64,000 nt of DNA from Ostrea edulis (Eukaryota), in contig NC_079171.1 of assembly GCF_947568905.1 (NCBI RefSeq), positions 19,592,001-19,656,000 on the forward strand, written 5' to 3'. The position numbers and the translations under genes were made by a program. Position 1 is the first letter of the stretch; each line of letters begins with the position of its first letter. Below, piece after piece: positions 25,619-38,727 of the stretch. The notes below the pieces were generated by a model that did not search any database, was not told the origin of the DNA, and worked only from the letters and a program-made list of their open reading frames with translations.

Positions 25619-26306
25619 TACGGGTGTTTTTAGCCGCATCCTCAAGCAATGCTTGTAAGTTATAGGATCCCTTGACGCCTTCGTCAAACATCTTATACCA
25701 AGGTTCCGATACGTTACTTTTGAACTTGTGAAATATAGCTTCCATGGTAAAAAATTCCGTACTTTTACTTCTTTCTCGGTTAACGACATTATCATGGAAC
25801 AAGAGCCCGACGGTGGTCCAGTTAAAGGTTTGGGTAATTTCGAACACAACTTCTGCCACCTTTCCATACGTGGTTAACATACGGGTCAGTGACTTGTACT
25901 CGTTCTTTTTGTCGGAAAAGGCTTGGACAAAGGCACCGGCGGATATGACGGGGATGTTCCAATACGGTGCGAAGCGGGCAACGGGTGCCACGGCGAAATC
26001 GCAACAAGGACCCAGGTACACGTCGACCTCCTTAGCGACGTAAAGGTCAATTGCCCGTAAGGGACCCATCGTCTCGGAACACTCATCATCTTTATAGTTT
26101 ATCGTAATGTTGTGATTCGGCAGGAACTGGCCAGATTCCACTTTCTTAACAGCTATTTCTATAGCAGGAAGAACCTTATATTTCACAAACGGAAATTTCC
26201 CTTGTTCTGGAAGTAACACTGCCAATTTTACCGTATTATTCACACCTCTAGCAACGTTCAGCATATATATTCCCACCAAAATGAATAACCCACGTGCTAG
26301 TATCAT
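25619..26306 (-). CDS. NPR1: NPR-like receptor, alternative first coding exon B (proximal): signal peptide + N-terminal ~229 aa of ligand-binding domain
   Basis: ATG at 26306, signal peptide MILARGLFILVGIYMLNVARG, then KLAVLLP..TINYKDDECS..GPCC..PVARFAPYWNIPVISAGA..EYKSLTRM. Donor CGT A|GTAAGT at 25619/25618, phase 1. Confidence 0.92.
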
Positions 26307-26390
26307 ACTGTTCAGGACAACTTGCCGTTCTCAGTCTTCATAACATCACCTCTCCCCATCTGTCACTCGCACACTTCCACAGGGAAAAAG

Positions 26391-26397
26391 TTTTATA
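26391..26397 (-). promoter_or_regulatory. Candidate TATA box for exon B
   Basis: TATAAAA on the minus strand ~90 bp upstream of ATG 26306; would place a TSS near 26367. Motif only. Confidence 0.25.
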
Positions 26398-27717
26398 ACC
26401 ACGATTACAAGACTTCAATTCCTAAGTTTTAGTTTCCATTCACATTCAAACGGGGGAGAGAAAAAAATACACCAATATATGTAGATTTCAACACATGTCG
26501 GTGACCTTACTTAGATTTCCAAACCCCAGACTATTCTTAACAGCTGTTGAATAATGCAACAGTGGACCGTCACTGGAAAAAAACAACGTTGAGATGATTA
26601 TGACAGTAAGGTCTGTATGACGCTTGGTCAAAGCGTGGTGCGGAGAAACAGCACGCGCTACCATTGATTTCGGACGAGGACCCGCACAATTAGCGCCTGT
26701 CCACTCGGTGAGGAGAGATACACTGAATGGAGATGCGCATCCCCCGTACAATGAAAACTGTATAATCAGAAACTGTCTTTGTTATTCCTGTAACAAGCTC
26801 CACTAGTTTCCGTCAATGCTTGGGAGAGCGTCTAATCGCTGTGTTAAGCTATCAGCGGCAACAGCACAATGAGGTAGCACGAGCCCATTGTACAGTGCAG
26901 TATTATTTCATTTTATGGCATATTTCTGTTACAATCTTATAAACATCTGATTGTATACATGAATTCCTATCAATAAGGCACAATTCCAATAATTATTCTA
27001 TTTGCAACATTGGCTGTGATTTGTTGAGACTAAGGAAATGCGCTATACCCACCTGCTCAATTTATCAATACTGGTGTTTTTATTTGATGTATATTTAAGT
27101 GGATATCAATATTCAAATTACGTACTTTTATGTTATTTTTATTTTCCACATTTTCTTTTTAATCAAAAAAGTAATCTTAGTAATAATGCTCTTTAATGAT
27201 TTAGGGGTCTATCGCAAAGTGTACCTAATTGGTTTTGAATAACCAGATAGCTCATTTAAATTATATCGTTAAAATTGTGTTTAATATATTCCCGCACGAG
27301 CTGCATAAATATGTACATTTATATTAGAGATATTAACCACATGGAAGGTGTTTAAAAAATAGTAACAAAACACCACCCGTTGTACTACCGTAAATCAGCA
27401 AATTTAGAAATGAGGGTTCGATAGACGACTACAACGATAAAACAGAGGAATTGTGTCATAGTGCAGCCCCCAAATCAGCTGTGTGTACATGCCAGGAGTC
27501 TGTGTAGTAATGTGTCAAATTTTGTCATTATGTCATTATATCATTATTTTTCTAAATGCGCATCTGGTGCATCAAAATTGGTACCGTACAGGTTTGACAT
27601 CAGTTGTTTCATTGTTTCGGTACAGTTATAAATGATTGATGAAAACCACAATGACACATTCCATGATAACATTTTAAAAACTCGTGTTTTTATGAAATGT
27701 GTTATTCTGATTTTCAT

Positions 27718-27721
<4 letters not shown>

Positions 27722-27770
<49 letters not shown>
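27722..27770. repeat. (TA)n microsatellite
   Basis: Direct inspection. Confidence 0.97.
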
Positions 27771-27773
<3 letters not shown>

Positions 27774-27880
27774 CCTAGATGGTCGAGCGGTCTAGTGCGC
27801 TGGTTACATGCTGCTAGGGGAGTTGGTTCCGCGGGGCATGAGTTCAACCCCGGGTGGGGACGGAAGTGGGTATCCAAATA
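27771..27880 (+). mobile_element. tRNA-like SINE head (degenerate)
   Basis: TGGTCGAGCGGTCTAG (A-box-like) ... GAGTTCAACCCC (B-box-like), directly after (TA)n; no intact cloverleaf recognised. Confidence 0.45.
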
Positions 27881-28011
27881 AAAGTGAAATATTCTGTGCT
27901 TTCTTCACTTAGGGCAGTTATGTTCATTGCTATTTCCGTGCTCTCTCTCTCTCTCTCTCTCTCTCTATTAAAAAAAGCACTGAAAAGACCACGACTGTTG
28001 ATTATTTAACA

Positions 28012-28048
28012 CTCAAATTTTCGACGCAATCCGCGTCTTTATCAAGGG
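28012..28048 (-). ncRNA. Minimal type-I hammerhead-ribozyme-like motif (U3-A8 variant)
   Basis: Minus strand reads CCC-TTGATAA-A-GACGC-GGATT-GCGTC-GAAA-ATTT-GAG: core, perfect 5-bp stem II, GAAA, palindromic AAATTT stem III, and a 3-bp stem I with one mismatch. Confidence 0.5.
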
Positions 28049-29319
28049 ACATATATACATATATTATATATGGAATATATATATCTGACGAAATATATTG
28101 TTTTGTCCACTACCCAGAGATATTTTTTTCTTTTATTAATATTCACAGGTTACGTGTAATAAGTTAGTTACAGCAAAACCGATAACTTCAAAAACAGCGC
28201 GGAGGTAGAGCCCTCATCTATCTCCATCCGGCTTCCCTTGACTTTTTTGTACGGCTTTCTCTAATCCTGTTAATGTGCGGAATAAGATTTCGTGATCTCC
28301 AAATGAATTTTCCCTTGGTATCTAGTCTGTCGGAGGAAAACTTACGTGACAGTAGTCGACAATGGCGCCTGCAAGTGTCTTGTTAACCAAATCTTTGTGA
28401 GAATTCAAAAGAAAGGATTCTGATTGAATTTTACTGCCGCCGGAGTTTATCGAAATCCACATTTCCTAAAGCTGTGGAACGAGAAAAGCCTCACAATCAC
28501 ATTCTACTACTATAGAGAAACATACTGTAAATCGCTTAGCATTCGCATACTTTATTTCCGCAAAATAATGACATGGTAAATTTTCGCGAGACAATGCTAC
28601 TCTGAAATGCGATTAAAGTTCTCCTATTTCTTGTAATACTAGTAAGTGAGAACTAATCAGCACTTATCCCCTGGTTGGTTCTTGTAAAATCCATGAGTTG
28701 TTCAGTTTTAAATCTGCTGAGAACATGTCGACAGCTACTCTCTGAAGTTTTTGCACCAAAAAGTCGTTATCAGTAGCGCAACCGATTTCTGAAAGCTATA
28801 CAGTCCCGTCTGTTAAAGATAACTGATTTAAAGGACGCCGTTCCAGGAATTAAAAAGTCACAATTCAAGACTTGGTATAGGGATCAGTACTCCTGAAACA
28901 GAGGCAGGTAACCCTTATCTATTCTTGGAAAGTTTGCTTTGCAATGCCAATATCTAAAAAAAGGTATTTGCAAAATAATATCATACATTCATCTTAAAAC
29001 TTGCGTTTATTTTGAACTGAGTATTATATTTGAAGATCAAATGGTCAGCTTTATGGTTTTCATCTTGTTTACGTAATTACGCACAAACTCGGTATATACG
29101 TTAATATGAAAGCGATGTTTTTTAAAAATAATACATCAACTGTATACAAGTACATGTAACTGTATTATGCACGATAATTTTATTTTCGAGTTGAGAGAAT
29201 CTTGCGTGAACACGCACAAATAAAGTTTTTAAGAAAAGAACGTCATTTTAAAGTAACACTGAATTTACTTTTACATGAGTATAGTCTTTGTACTAGTACA
29301 CACTCCCTATTTCTTTAGT

Positions 29320-29670
29320 AATATGTCACGTGCTAGAATTCTCAACGCAAGGATTATACGTCACGTGGTAAAACTCTCAACGCAAGGATTCTACGTCACG
29401 TGTAAAAACTCTAAACACAAGGGTTCTATGACACGTGCGAGAACTCTCAACAAGAAGGTTCTACGTCACGTGAGAGAACTTTCAACACGAGGGTTCTATG
29501 TCACGTGGGAGAACTATTACCACGAGGGTTCTATGTCACGTGGGAGAACTCTCAATGCAAGGATTCTACGTCACATGCGAGAACTCTCAACAAAAGGGTT
29601 CTATGACACGTGCGAGAACTCTCAACAAGAAGGTTCTACGTCACGTGAGAGAACTCTTAACACAAGGGTT
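29320..29670. repeat. Degenerate ~35-bp minisatellite, ~10 copies
   Basis: GTCACGTGNGAGAACTCTCAACNCAAGG(A/G)TTCTA(C/T); explains ORF 29275-29733. Confidence 0.85.
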
Positions 29671-30417
29671 CTAAGTCTCAATCTTCTTGTCCGAGGTACA
29701 CCGGCGTATGATTCCCCAGTATATTTTACATGATCAAAATGGAAATGAAATCATTCTGCCGATTAATGTGTTGAAAGGAAACGGAGAGACTTCCTAGCTG
29801 TTCATATATGTGGCATTTAAGTAGATATTTCGGACTAATGGATGGACATGGGGGCCATTCTCTCACGTACGCTATAGAATAACAAAGGCCGGTAATTAGT
29901 GAAGATGTTCTGTGATGAACAACTGTGTAGTGTGCACGTCTCCGTCAGTTTATTGTGTTATGAATCATCAACTTTATCAATCTATCACACAAAATTTGGA
30001 GCAAGCTTAGGAATTAATTATACCCCCCCCCCCAATCGGAAACATTGCTCCCTGCATGAAACCAGCAGCCCCGTGGGAGTTGATGTTCACCTGATAATCA
30101 CACCCTGCAGAACGTAGTATAACGTGTCGACTGGGCTGGGTTCTTATCACAATCGGAGGTTGGTTATCTTGGAAATTTCAATTGTTTCCCCCTCACAAAA
30201 TTATGATGTGGATTTGTAACATTGCGGAAGGTGACCTTGACCAAATATAACTTGATTCAGAGTAGGGACAATGTTTAAGTGAACAAATTCAAAGTGATCA
30301 CCTGAACAAACACTTCCATTTAATTTACCAGTGACCCAGACTTTTGTCAAATGACATAAGCTCATGAATATTCATGACACGTTGTCTGGTTGTAAGTAAC
30401 GTCTATGTCCAAAACCA

Positions 30418-30520
30418 GATGTTCAGTAGTTGAGGGCACACTCAATACGTATGAACAAGATGTTCAGTAGTTGAGGGCACACTCAATACGTATGAACAAG
30501 ATGTTCAGTAGTTGAGGGTA
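30418..30520. repeat. 41-bp tandem repeat, ~2.5 copies
   Basis: GATGTTCAGTAGTTGAGGGCACACTCAATACGTATGAACAA. Confidence 0.85.
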
Positions 30521-30844
30521 CAATCATTACGTCTGTTCAGTATTTAAGAGTACAATTATTACGTATAAAGCAGTTGCTCAGTAGTTGGGGGTACAATTGT
30601 TAATTTGTATTGCATGAGCCATATAACCTAAAACATAAGATTCACCAGTTTTTTGGTTGAGTCCTCATAGCTTATCATGCACTTTGTTGAAGAATGTTTT
30701 AAATATAGTATACATTTTTCAATATTTCATTATTTGATCTTCCTCCCTGGGACTTGAACCTCTGGTCTACAGCTAGACATGAACGAATGTGTAACGAGTT
30801 TGTTTGCGTTAAGGAGTAAAGAAGACATTTAATGAACACAATAA

Positions 30845-31065
30845 TTCCTAAGAGGCGACTAAATTGGGCGGTCCTAAGAGGTGACTAAATGGGGCGGTCT
30901 TTCAGATGAAACCGCATTAAATCCGAAGTCCCGTGTCACAGTAGCTGTGGCACGATAAAGATCCCTCCCTGCTCAATGGCCTACATTTTACAGCCCTTCA
31001 CTGGCAGTGGTGACGTCTCCTTATGAGTGAAATATTCTCAAGAGGGACGTTAAACAATAAAATCA
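30845..31065 (+). mobile_element. SINE fragment
   Basis: GACTAAATGGGGCGGTC..GTCCCGTGTCACAG..GGCACGATAAAGATCCCTCCCTGCTCAA..GTGACGTCTCC..GGGACGTTAAACAATA. Confidence 0.72.
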
Positions 31066-31361
31066 TTGATTCCGATATAACATCCCTCTTTACTTGATAT
31101 CCTGACCCAGGGAACATGGTTTTTTACAACTTGGGTAAAGGTCTTCATGTTCAATACGACTAGTCACGCAGATTATTATTCTTGATGTCCAGGAGTAACG
31201 AAGAAACTTTTAAAGGATTGCACTAGTGTTAGAAGCACACTTATGCCCCCCCCCCTCCCAAAGATCTGTAATCGCTCTCCCGAAAGGTAGCACAGCAATT
31301 TGGTGAAACTTTATTATACAATTTCTGAGAAGTAGAAACTGTTCAAGAATTTACGATGTAA

Positions 31362-31540
31362 CTGTTGACTTGGGGGACCCATAAAGGGGGAATAAGCCGT
31401 ATATATACCTGTGAGATGACATAATGTTGACTCGGGGGACCCATAAAGGGGGATAAGCCGTATATATACCTGTGAGATGACAGAATGTTGATTCGGGGGA
31501 CCCATAAAGGGGGATAAGCCGTATGTATACCTGTGGCAGG
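31362..31540. repeat. 61-62-bp tandem repeat, ~3 copies
   Basis: TGTTGACTCGGGGGACCCATAAAGGGGGATAAGCCGTATATATACCTGTGAGATGACA. Confidence 0.88.
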
Positions 31541-34299
31541 ACAGAATGTTGGAATCTAGTAAGTAGTGAATGCATTCTTTTACAAAAACGTGCACAAAAA
31601 CAAAAGTTGCCAATAGATTTACACCGTTCCCGTGTATTTTACATGCACTATCTTTATGCGGTGTTAATGACGGTAATTGCTTGATAAGCCAACAATGTTA
31701 CTATGGTAATTGCTCACGGGGCACATTGATTGCATATCATGTTGAAATTTTCAAAACCACATGTCAACGTATTCCTTCATTATTTTGATGTATTTTCTTT
31801 GGATCTTGTTTATTAACTGATTCAATGGACAAGATCAGTTCCTAATCATTCTACATTAACTTACAGTTTAGTTTTTTGCTAATTGTGCTTAGCAGAAATA
31901 CTTAAGATCGTACGACATTATAGCGGACGTTCATTTTGTTAAACCGTCTTCGTCCTTTCAAAATTTGACGTTCAACACACAGATGTCCAGAACAATATTG
32001 ATACGAAACTGTGGAGGAAATACATTACGTTGTGTGCGATTTTTGGGATTACCCTCGTATCCAAGTCTATACAAATACAGTGACGATTTTAGATACTGAC
32101 TACTGATGCAGCATTAGATTGACCTAATCAGACGTTGAAGTACTAATTTCTTTCTGATTAATAACACCAATTTGAAACTCTCTTACAGAGAATATAAATC
32201 GCGATTTCCGTTTAGCATAATATATAATTATCTTTACTTGTACAGCGTACTACATATATACATGTATACTATACAGCAGGGAAATTGTTGACGAACAGAA
32301 GACAGACAGACCAGGCTAGGGTCACCAAAGCTCAGCGTTAGCCTCCGTGAACTATCCTACATGAATCAATAACAACAAAATATTGAATTTTCGTTAATAA
32401 TGACATTTATAATTGTCTTCTGAATACTATGTAACAAGAAACTAGAATTGATCATTCAAACCATTCAGGGATATTCATACACAAGTCTATCACCTTACAG
32501 CTGACTAGGCCCAAGTCTTGGAAAATGGATGACAATATTTTATATTATGTATTGCATGTCAACAACGAAAAAGAAGAAATGTGATAGGCACGACTTTCTG
32601 TAGTTTTCATAAGCTTCACATCATCTGACAAATGGAAATCACAACACCTCATGATAACCAGTTTTTAATTTAGATTGTAGATATCATCACTGCAAATGTA
32701 TAATCGTGCACAAACGTTGCTATTCAAATTTTAAGAAAAGATATATCATCATATAGGGGGTTGTAGAGTAATTGCGTGGGCTCTGATATACATAAGCGAG
32801 GCTAACCGGATGCTATGGGGAAAAGTCAGCTTGTGCATGCGCAAGTGTACGTTTTCGCCTTGATGACGCGATCTTTGTTTATAGATTGGAACCTAGGGTA
32901 GCACATGACCGTATACACGTGTGGGGGATGTAACATGTTTATTGGAATCACCACTGTTTCTTAAACAACTTTAAGTGATTAAAAAATGGTCTGTTTGATT
33001 TGTTAAAGACAGTATTAAGTATTTTTAATGAAAACTATTAATGTTACGGAGTCTAATGTATTCACTTATACATAGTTAAATGACAACATGTTCACCTCAG
33101 CAACGCTCAACAAAGCAAATGATATGTTGTTATTCATCTTTCATGTTGCTCTGAACTTAGCTTTTAAATGAGAAACAGCAGTCAAACTTGTGAGCATCAA
33201 CAGTTTTTGCCAGAGATATTTCGTTACCAGATCTTTATCATTACATTAAGTATCAAACTTATACGTTATTATTTAGACCAGAATATATCCCCTGATGAAT
33301 TTAAACGTTATGGTCCAATTTGAATACAAAGATGGCTCTTAATTGTGAGCTTAAAGGTCAAAGCTACAAATATCTCATATCCATTAGGCCTATACATCAT
33401 TACCGCTCTAACAATAGGACTTTTAAAAGAAATATTTGCGTATGTTTCAAGATAAGAATTATTTTAAAACACATTTTCATTTTAACCTAGAATATTTAAT
33501 GGTTTCGGTTAGAAGCATATGCCTATGGTCGACATATGGCAGTTTTTCATTAAAAGACAGCAACTTGTTGAACTTCTTATTGGTGAATTTTGCCCGATAT
33601 GGGTTTGAAAAAATCACAAACGTGCGAGTTATCTGGCCTTTGAATGTTTGTCCACCAATTCAATAGAAAATACTGAAGTCAATGCCAATTTGTGTCTAAT
33701 CGATGTCCGTCAAAGAAATTTTTATAAAAACTTGCAGGTATGAACAGGGTATATCCTTGTTAACCTTTGAACCTGAAATCCTGTATCTATGGACAGTCGG
33801 AGTTTGATGCTCAAGTTTTATACCTACAATGTACCAATTATACGACTCCCGATATATATCCTAGATAGGACATTCTTAGTTTTATCCATTCGTGGGTAGA
33901 ACAGTAGACCTGTTTTATTGTATGTATACCTTTATACTTTGATGACCTTGGTGCACCAATCTAAATATACACAGATAACATAGTGCACTTTTGATCGCAC
34001 TAATGCACAGTACGGAAAATAGTTCATCACCTACATTATGCATATATGATTGCATCAAATTTTGAATTCACAGGCAAATATTTCGTCCATCTTTGACCTT
34101 TTTGACCTGTAAATTGGTATAGGTCACTTGTTTGGACAGCTCTAGCGAGTACAGTTTTGTCGGGTACATTTTACGGGTTCCATGCTCAAGGATTACATAC
34201 ATGTAATTCCCATATTCTAGTTCTACTTTTTTAGATTTGATTTTTTTTCTTCGTATTATATGTCTTTGATATTTGAAAATCATACTATTTACACGGATT

Positions 34300-34892
34300 A
34301 GGCGATGATTACTTTCCTGTACGACTCATTAAGATGAATGCTTTTCTGTACGACTCATTAAGATGATTACTTTCCTGTACGACTCATTAAGATGAGAGTT
34401 TTACGTACGACTCATTAAGATGAATACTTTCTTGTATTACTCATTAAGATGAGAGTTTTACGTACGACTCATTAAGATGAATACTTTCCTGTACGACTCA
34501 TTAAGATGAGAGTTTTGCGTACGACTCATTAAGATGAGAGTTTTGCGTACGACTCATTAAGATGAGAGTTTTACGTACGACTCATTAAGATGAGAGTTTT
34601 ACGTACGACTCATTAAGATGAGAGTTTTACGTACGACTCATTAAGATGATAGTTTTACGTACGACTCATTAAGATGAATACTTTCTTGTATTACTCATTA
34701 AGATGAGAGTTTTACGTACGACTCATTAAGATGAATACTTTCCTGTACGACTCATTAAGATGAGAGTTTTACGTACGATTCATTAAGATGAATATTTTCT
34801 TGTACGACTCATTAAGATGAGAGTTTTACGTACGACTCATTAAGATGAATACTTTTCTGTACGACTCATTAAGATGAGAGTTTTACGTACGA
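34300..34892. repeat. 28/29-bp two-variant minisatellite, ~20 copies
   Basis: GTACGACTCATTAAGATG followed by AGAGTTTTAC or AATACTTTCCT. Confidence 0.95.
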
Positions 34893-36044
34893 CTGACGTT
34901 CACGGGTCGCCCTCTTTCGTTGATTAATCTGATTCTTAATTGGGCCGGAGTATTAAGAGATGGAATTGATCGGACGTGATTTATTATGTTCGATCTTTTA
35001 TTCAAACATCATATAGTTTATTGTTGACGCTAGCTTGACTTAGTTTATCTTAGAAATTGTGCTTGTTGTACATTTGTTTGGTTCACATACAGTTGTATGT
35101 ACAAGTCCTTAGTTTCCCGAAAATTTGACAAGTTTAAATGTTCGCGTCGGTTGTCATTTTTGCGTTTTATATAATTTATCCATAGACCTTGTATCTTCTT
35201 TGAATATCCGACATATTTGGATTTTAGGGTGTTATGGGTTTTAGTACTTTATATATATGCATACTTACACGACTTGCATGTATCAATTGATTTACAACAA
35301 CTGCATATGTCTATCGGAACAAAAGTATTGTATAATCTTAGCGCTTATTAAAATAGAAATCAATTCCATGACGAATTAGATTTGAATATTTAAACTACAG
35401 TCTATATGTACATGGTTTCAAGAGCATACTACCACCGGAGAAGACGACGCTCATTTCGGACATACATGTATGTGCTTAAAATCAAGAATTATCATATCGG
35501 GATTTCCTAAACACTTCAACGGGATATTTGAAAATGTGCTTGTATTACAACCCGGGGGTGGGGGGATGTTGTCACTTTTTTCAAAAAGTTCCGACAAATT
35601 GTGGGGCCCGGACTCTCTGTTTGCTAGAATCTTGTGCTTTTAAAAATATACAAACATTAAAGTTCATCGCAAAATCAATATTGAAGAATCCAATTTAATT
35701 CATATTTCCAGATTACAACAGAACTCAGAATGCGTTATTGCGTAATTTACGGACGATGAAGGAATATTAACGCTGAAATATTTGAAGTAAAAGAGGCTCC
35801 ATCACAATAACCGCCAAAGCTGCTGACAAATGGCAAGATACAGGGAATATTGAAGAAATTAATGCTCAGTTCCAAACACAGTTGAAAACAACGACTTCTG
35901 GCAGCCATTTCATTAATGGTGGTTCCACGTCTATTTTCAGGCAATTTATTCTATGAATCCATTCATTTACTAAACAAGCGGAAATTCGAGCAGTAGGCCA
36001 AATTAACAAATGGTTGTGATTTACCGGCACTTCTTTTCACTAAC

Positions 36045-36597
36045 ACACAGATTTTACTAAATTATTGTGATTTGCATTTCACTAATATAACACAGATTTT
36101 ATTAAATGATTGTGATTTGCATTTCACTAATATAACACAGATTTTATTAAATGATTGTGATTTGCATTTCACTAATATAACACAGATTTAATTAAATGAT
36201 TGTGATTTGCATTTCACTAATATAACACAGATTTTATTAAATGATTGTGATTTGCATTTCACTAATATAACACAGATTTTATTAAATGATTGTGATTTGT
36301 ATTTCACTAATATAACACAGATTTTATTAAATGATTGTGATTTGCATTTCACTAATATAACACAGATTTAATTAAATGATTGTGATTTGCATTTCACTAA
36401 TATAACACAGATTTAATTAAATGATTGTGATTTGCATTTCACTAATATAACACAGATTTTATTAAATGATTGTGATTTGCATTTCACTAATATAACACAG
36501 ATTTAATTAAATGATTGTGATTTGCATTTCACTAATATAACACAGATTTAATTAAATGATTGTGATTTGCATTTCACTAATATAAAACAGATTTAAT
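36045..36597. repeat. 45-bp minisatellite, ~12 copies
   Basis: CACAGATTT(T/A)ATTAAATGATTGTGATTTGCATTTCACTAATATAA. Confidence 0.96.
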
Positions 36598-37328
36598 TGC
36601 GTGAACTTGGTTATCAGCACTAATTAATTACAGACACCAACAAGCATAACAGAGATAATGCTTGTTAACAGTTATTACATAGACTACATACTACATACAT
36701 CCTCAGGCTTGTTTTCTCTAAGCATGGACGCATGATACAAAAAAATACCAAGATTAGGTCATTCTTTCACATTGCTACCATGACCTCCAACTAGACATCT
36801 CCGCGACAAATTACAAGAGATAACCAAAACAGCCGATTCATCATCCTCTATAATTTGAAGTCGTGTCCAATATCATAGCCGACATAGTGATTTAATGTCA
36901 CCGGAACGGCATGAACCGTGCCGAGAGCCCACTGAGAATTCGGACAATGCTTATGTAATGAGAGCGTGCACGGATACACACACGACGAGCACAATAAACA
37001 CTGTAAATTCACGTATAGACCGAGATTAAAACGTGATTTCGAGCTGCAGCGGTGACTGTCAAATACACAGCAATATATTCAGCGTGGGTATAAGGTATTT
37101 TACTTATCTACTATATAAACGCCAGTCATTACAGAAACATAATTCAGAACACGATGCGTGCACTCTAACAGCCCTTCCTTTACTCCGCTGAAGGTTTCTG
37201 CTCGACGATTGTTCGTTGTCTGTCTGAATCTGAAACTTATTACTCACAGAGTTAAATGTTGTGAACAAGAATGCTTGTATGATTTTGAGGAAAATCTATA
37301 ATAAAAAAACCCCCCAGCTTTTCTCTCA

Positions 37329-37417
37329 AAAACTACAGGGCCTTCCCGCACAAAAACTACAGGGCCTTCCCGCAACTACAGGGCCTTCCCGCACAAAAAC
37401 TACAGGGCCTTCCCGCA
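37329..37417. repeat. 24-bp tandem repeat, ~4 copies (one shortened)
   Basis: AAAAACTACAGGGCCTTCCCGCAC. Confidence 0.88.
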
Positions 37418-37758
37418 CATAGTAGTTTCCGTTTAAGTATTTCATCTAATGACCGTCATGATAAGGTCATAATTTTATAAAGTTTAAAGTGTCTGTTCTC
37501 AGATAAGCAAATTTATTACTATTTGTCAACTTGCTTACGATGATACAACATTTATCCGATTGTAGGAAAGCATATTGAATCCTAAATCATATGCGCATTT
37601 AAAGTCTGGATAATGGAAGTCTTGGTAAGTTGCCACGGCGTTGACAGATACCGCACAGCCTTTCAGAAATTAAATATCTAATATATTATTCATTTGGGAT
37701 AATCCTCGTAATGTAAATCTCATCATCACGACTATAGAAATCCAGAAGGACCGACAGG

Positions 37759-37769
<11 letters not shown>

Positions 37770-37802
<33 letters not shown>
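37770..37802. repeat. (GA)n microsatellite
   Basis: Direct inspection. Confidence 0.95.
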
Positions 37803-37806
<4 letters not shown>

Positions 37807-38554
37807 AATAGTGGACATTTATAAACACTATAAAGTCATCAATTTGGGAAAATCTATGATGTAATTAGGGCACGGCTTGTTCAACGTAAGATAAACTACA
37901 CAATCTGTATATATAGTGAGAGCCGGGAGTCTCATACCCTAAAAGCTAAATTAGCATTTCTATCTCGATGAACTCTTCGTTCCTCATCGATTTTGGCTCT
38001 AAAAGCCTTGGTTTCTGCTTACTTCAAACGGAGACAATCCCCAACAAATTACACTCTCATCAAATTCTATTTTACCCGGCTCGTTAAGTCATAGCAGCGT
38101 GCTCACAATTGATTTCTTTTCTTGAGATATCATTAAGAACCGCGGAAAAAAATCTTGTTTACTTTTCTTTTTAGAATTTATCAGGGAGAAAACAGCGACC
38201 ACCTCTAGACGTTGTCAAAGCAAACACCACGGGCTGAAGATTTGAAATGAATTCTATCACTGGGTTCTCTCAGTCTTTTGGTCTCGTCAACTTTCGTACA
38301 GTAATAAGGATTTCCTGCTACAAGAAAACCCAGTAATGAGATTCCTCCGCGATTTGAAACTCTGTCTTTCGATGTAACTTTCTCATTGCTTTTTGCAAAA
38401 GTAGAAGATTATTGATTTGGGTTTGTCTGCAAGTCTGTCTGTACAATGTTAATAATGATACATGTATATCATTTTTCATCATTTGAAATTCCAAATGAAG
38501 TGTCTCTACGACTAAAGGTTACCGGTAATTCAAAGGTAAGAGTAGCATTTTTTT

Positions 38555-38727
38555 CGGATAGTACCTCAACAACGGAGGTACCATGTATTTCGGGTGACAC
38601 CTCAACAACGGAGGTACCGTGACTTTCGGATGGTACCTCAACAACGGAGGTCCCGTGACTTTTGGGTGGTACCTCAACAACAGAGGTCCCGTGACTTTCA
38701 GATGGTGCCTCAACAACGGAGGTCCCA
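38555..38727. repeat. 36-bp minisatellite, ~5 copies
   Basis: ACCTCAACAACGGAGG recurs at 38563, 38599 and 38635; explains the 12-aa repeat ORFs on both strands. Confidence 0.9.

Noticed and set aside
28826-29252. Possible TTAA-flanked (Kolobok/piggyBac-like) element, TTAAAGGACG...CGTCATTTTAA
   Set aside because: The terminal match is only a few bases with mismatches; not supportable without other copies.
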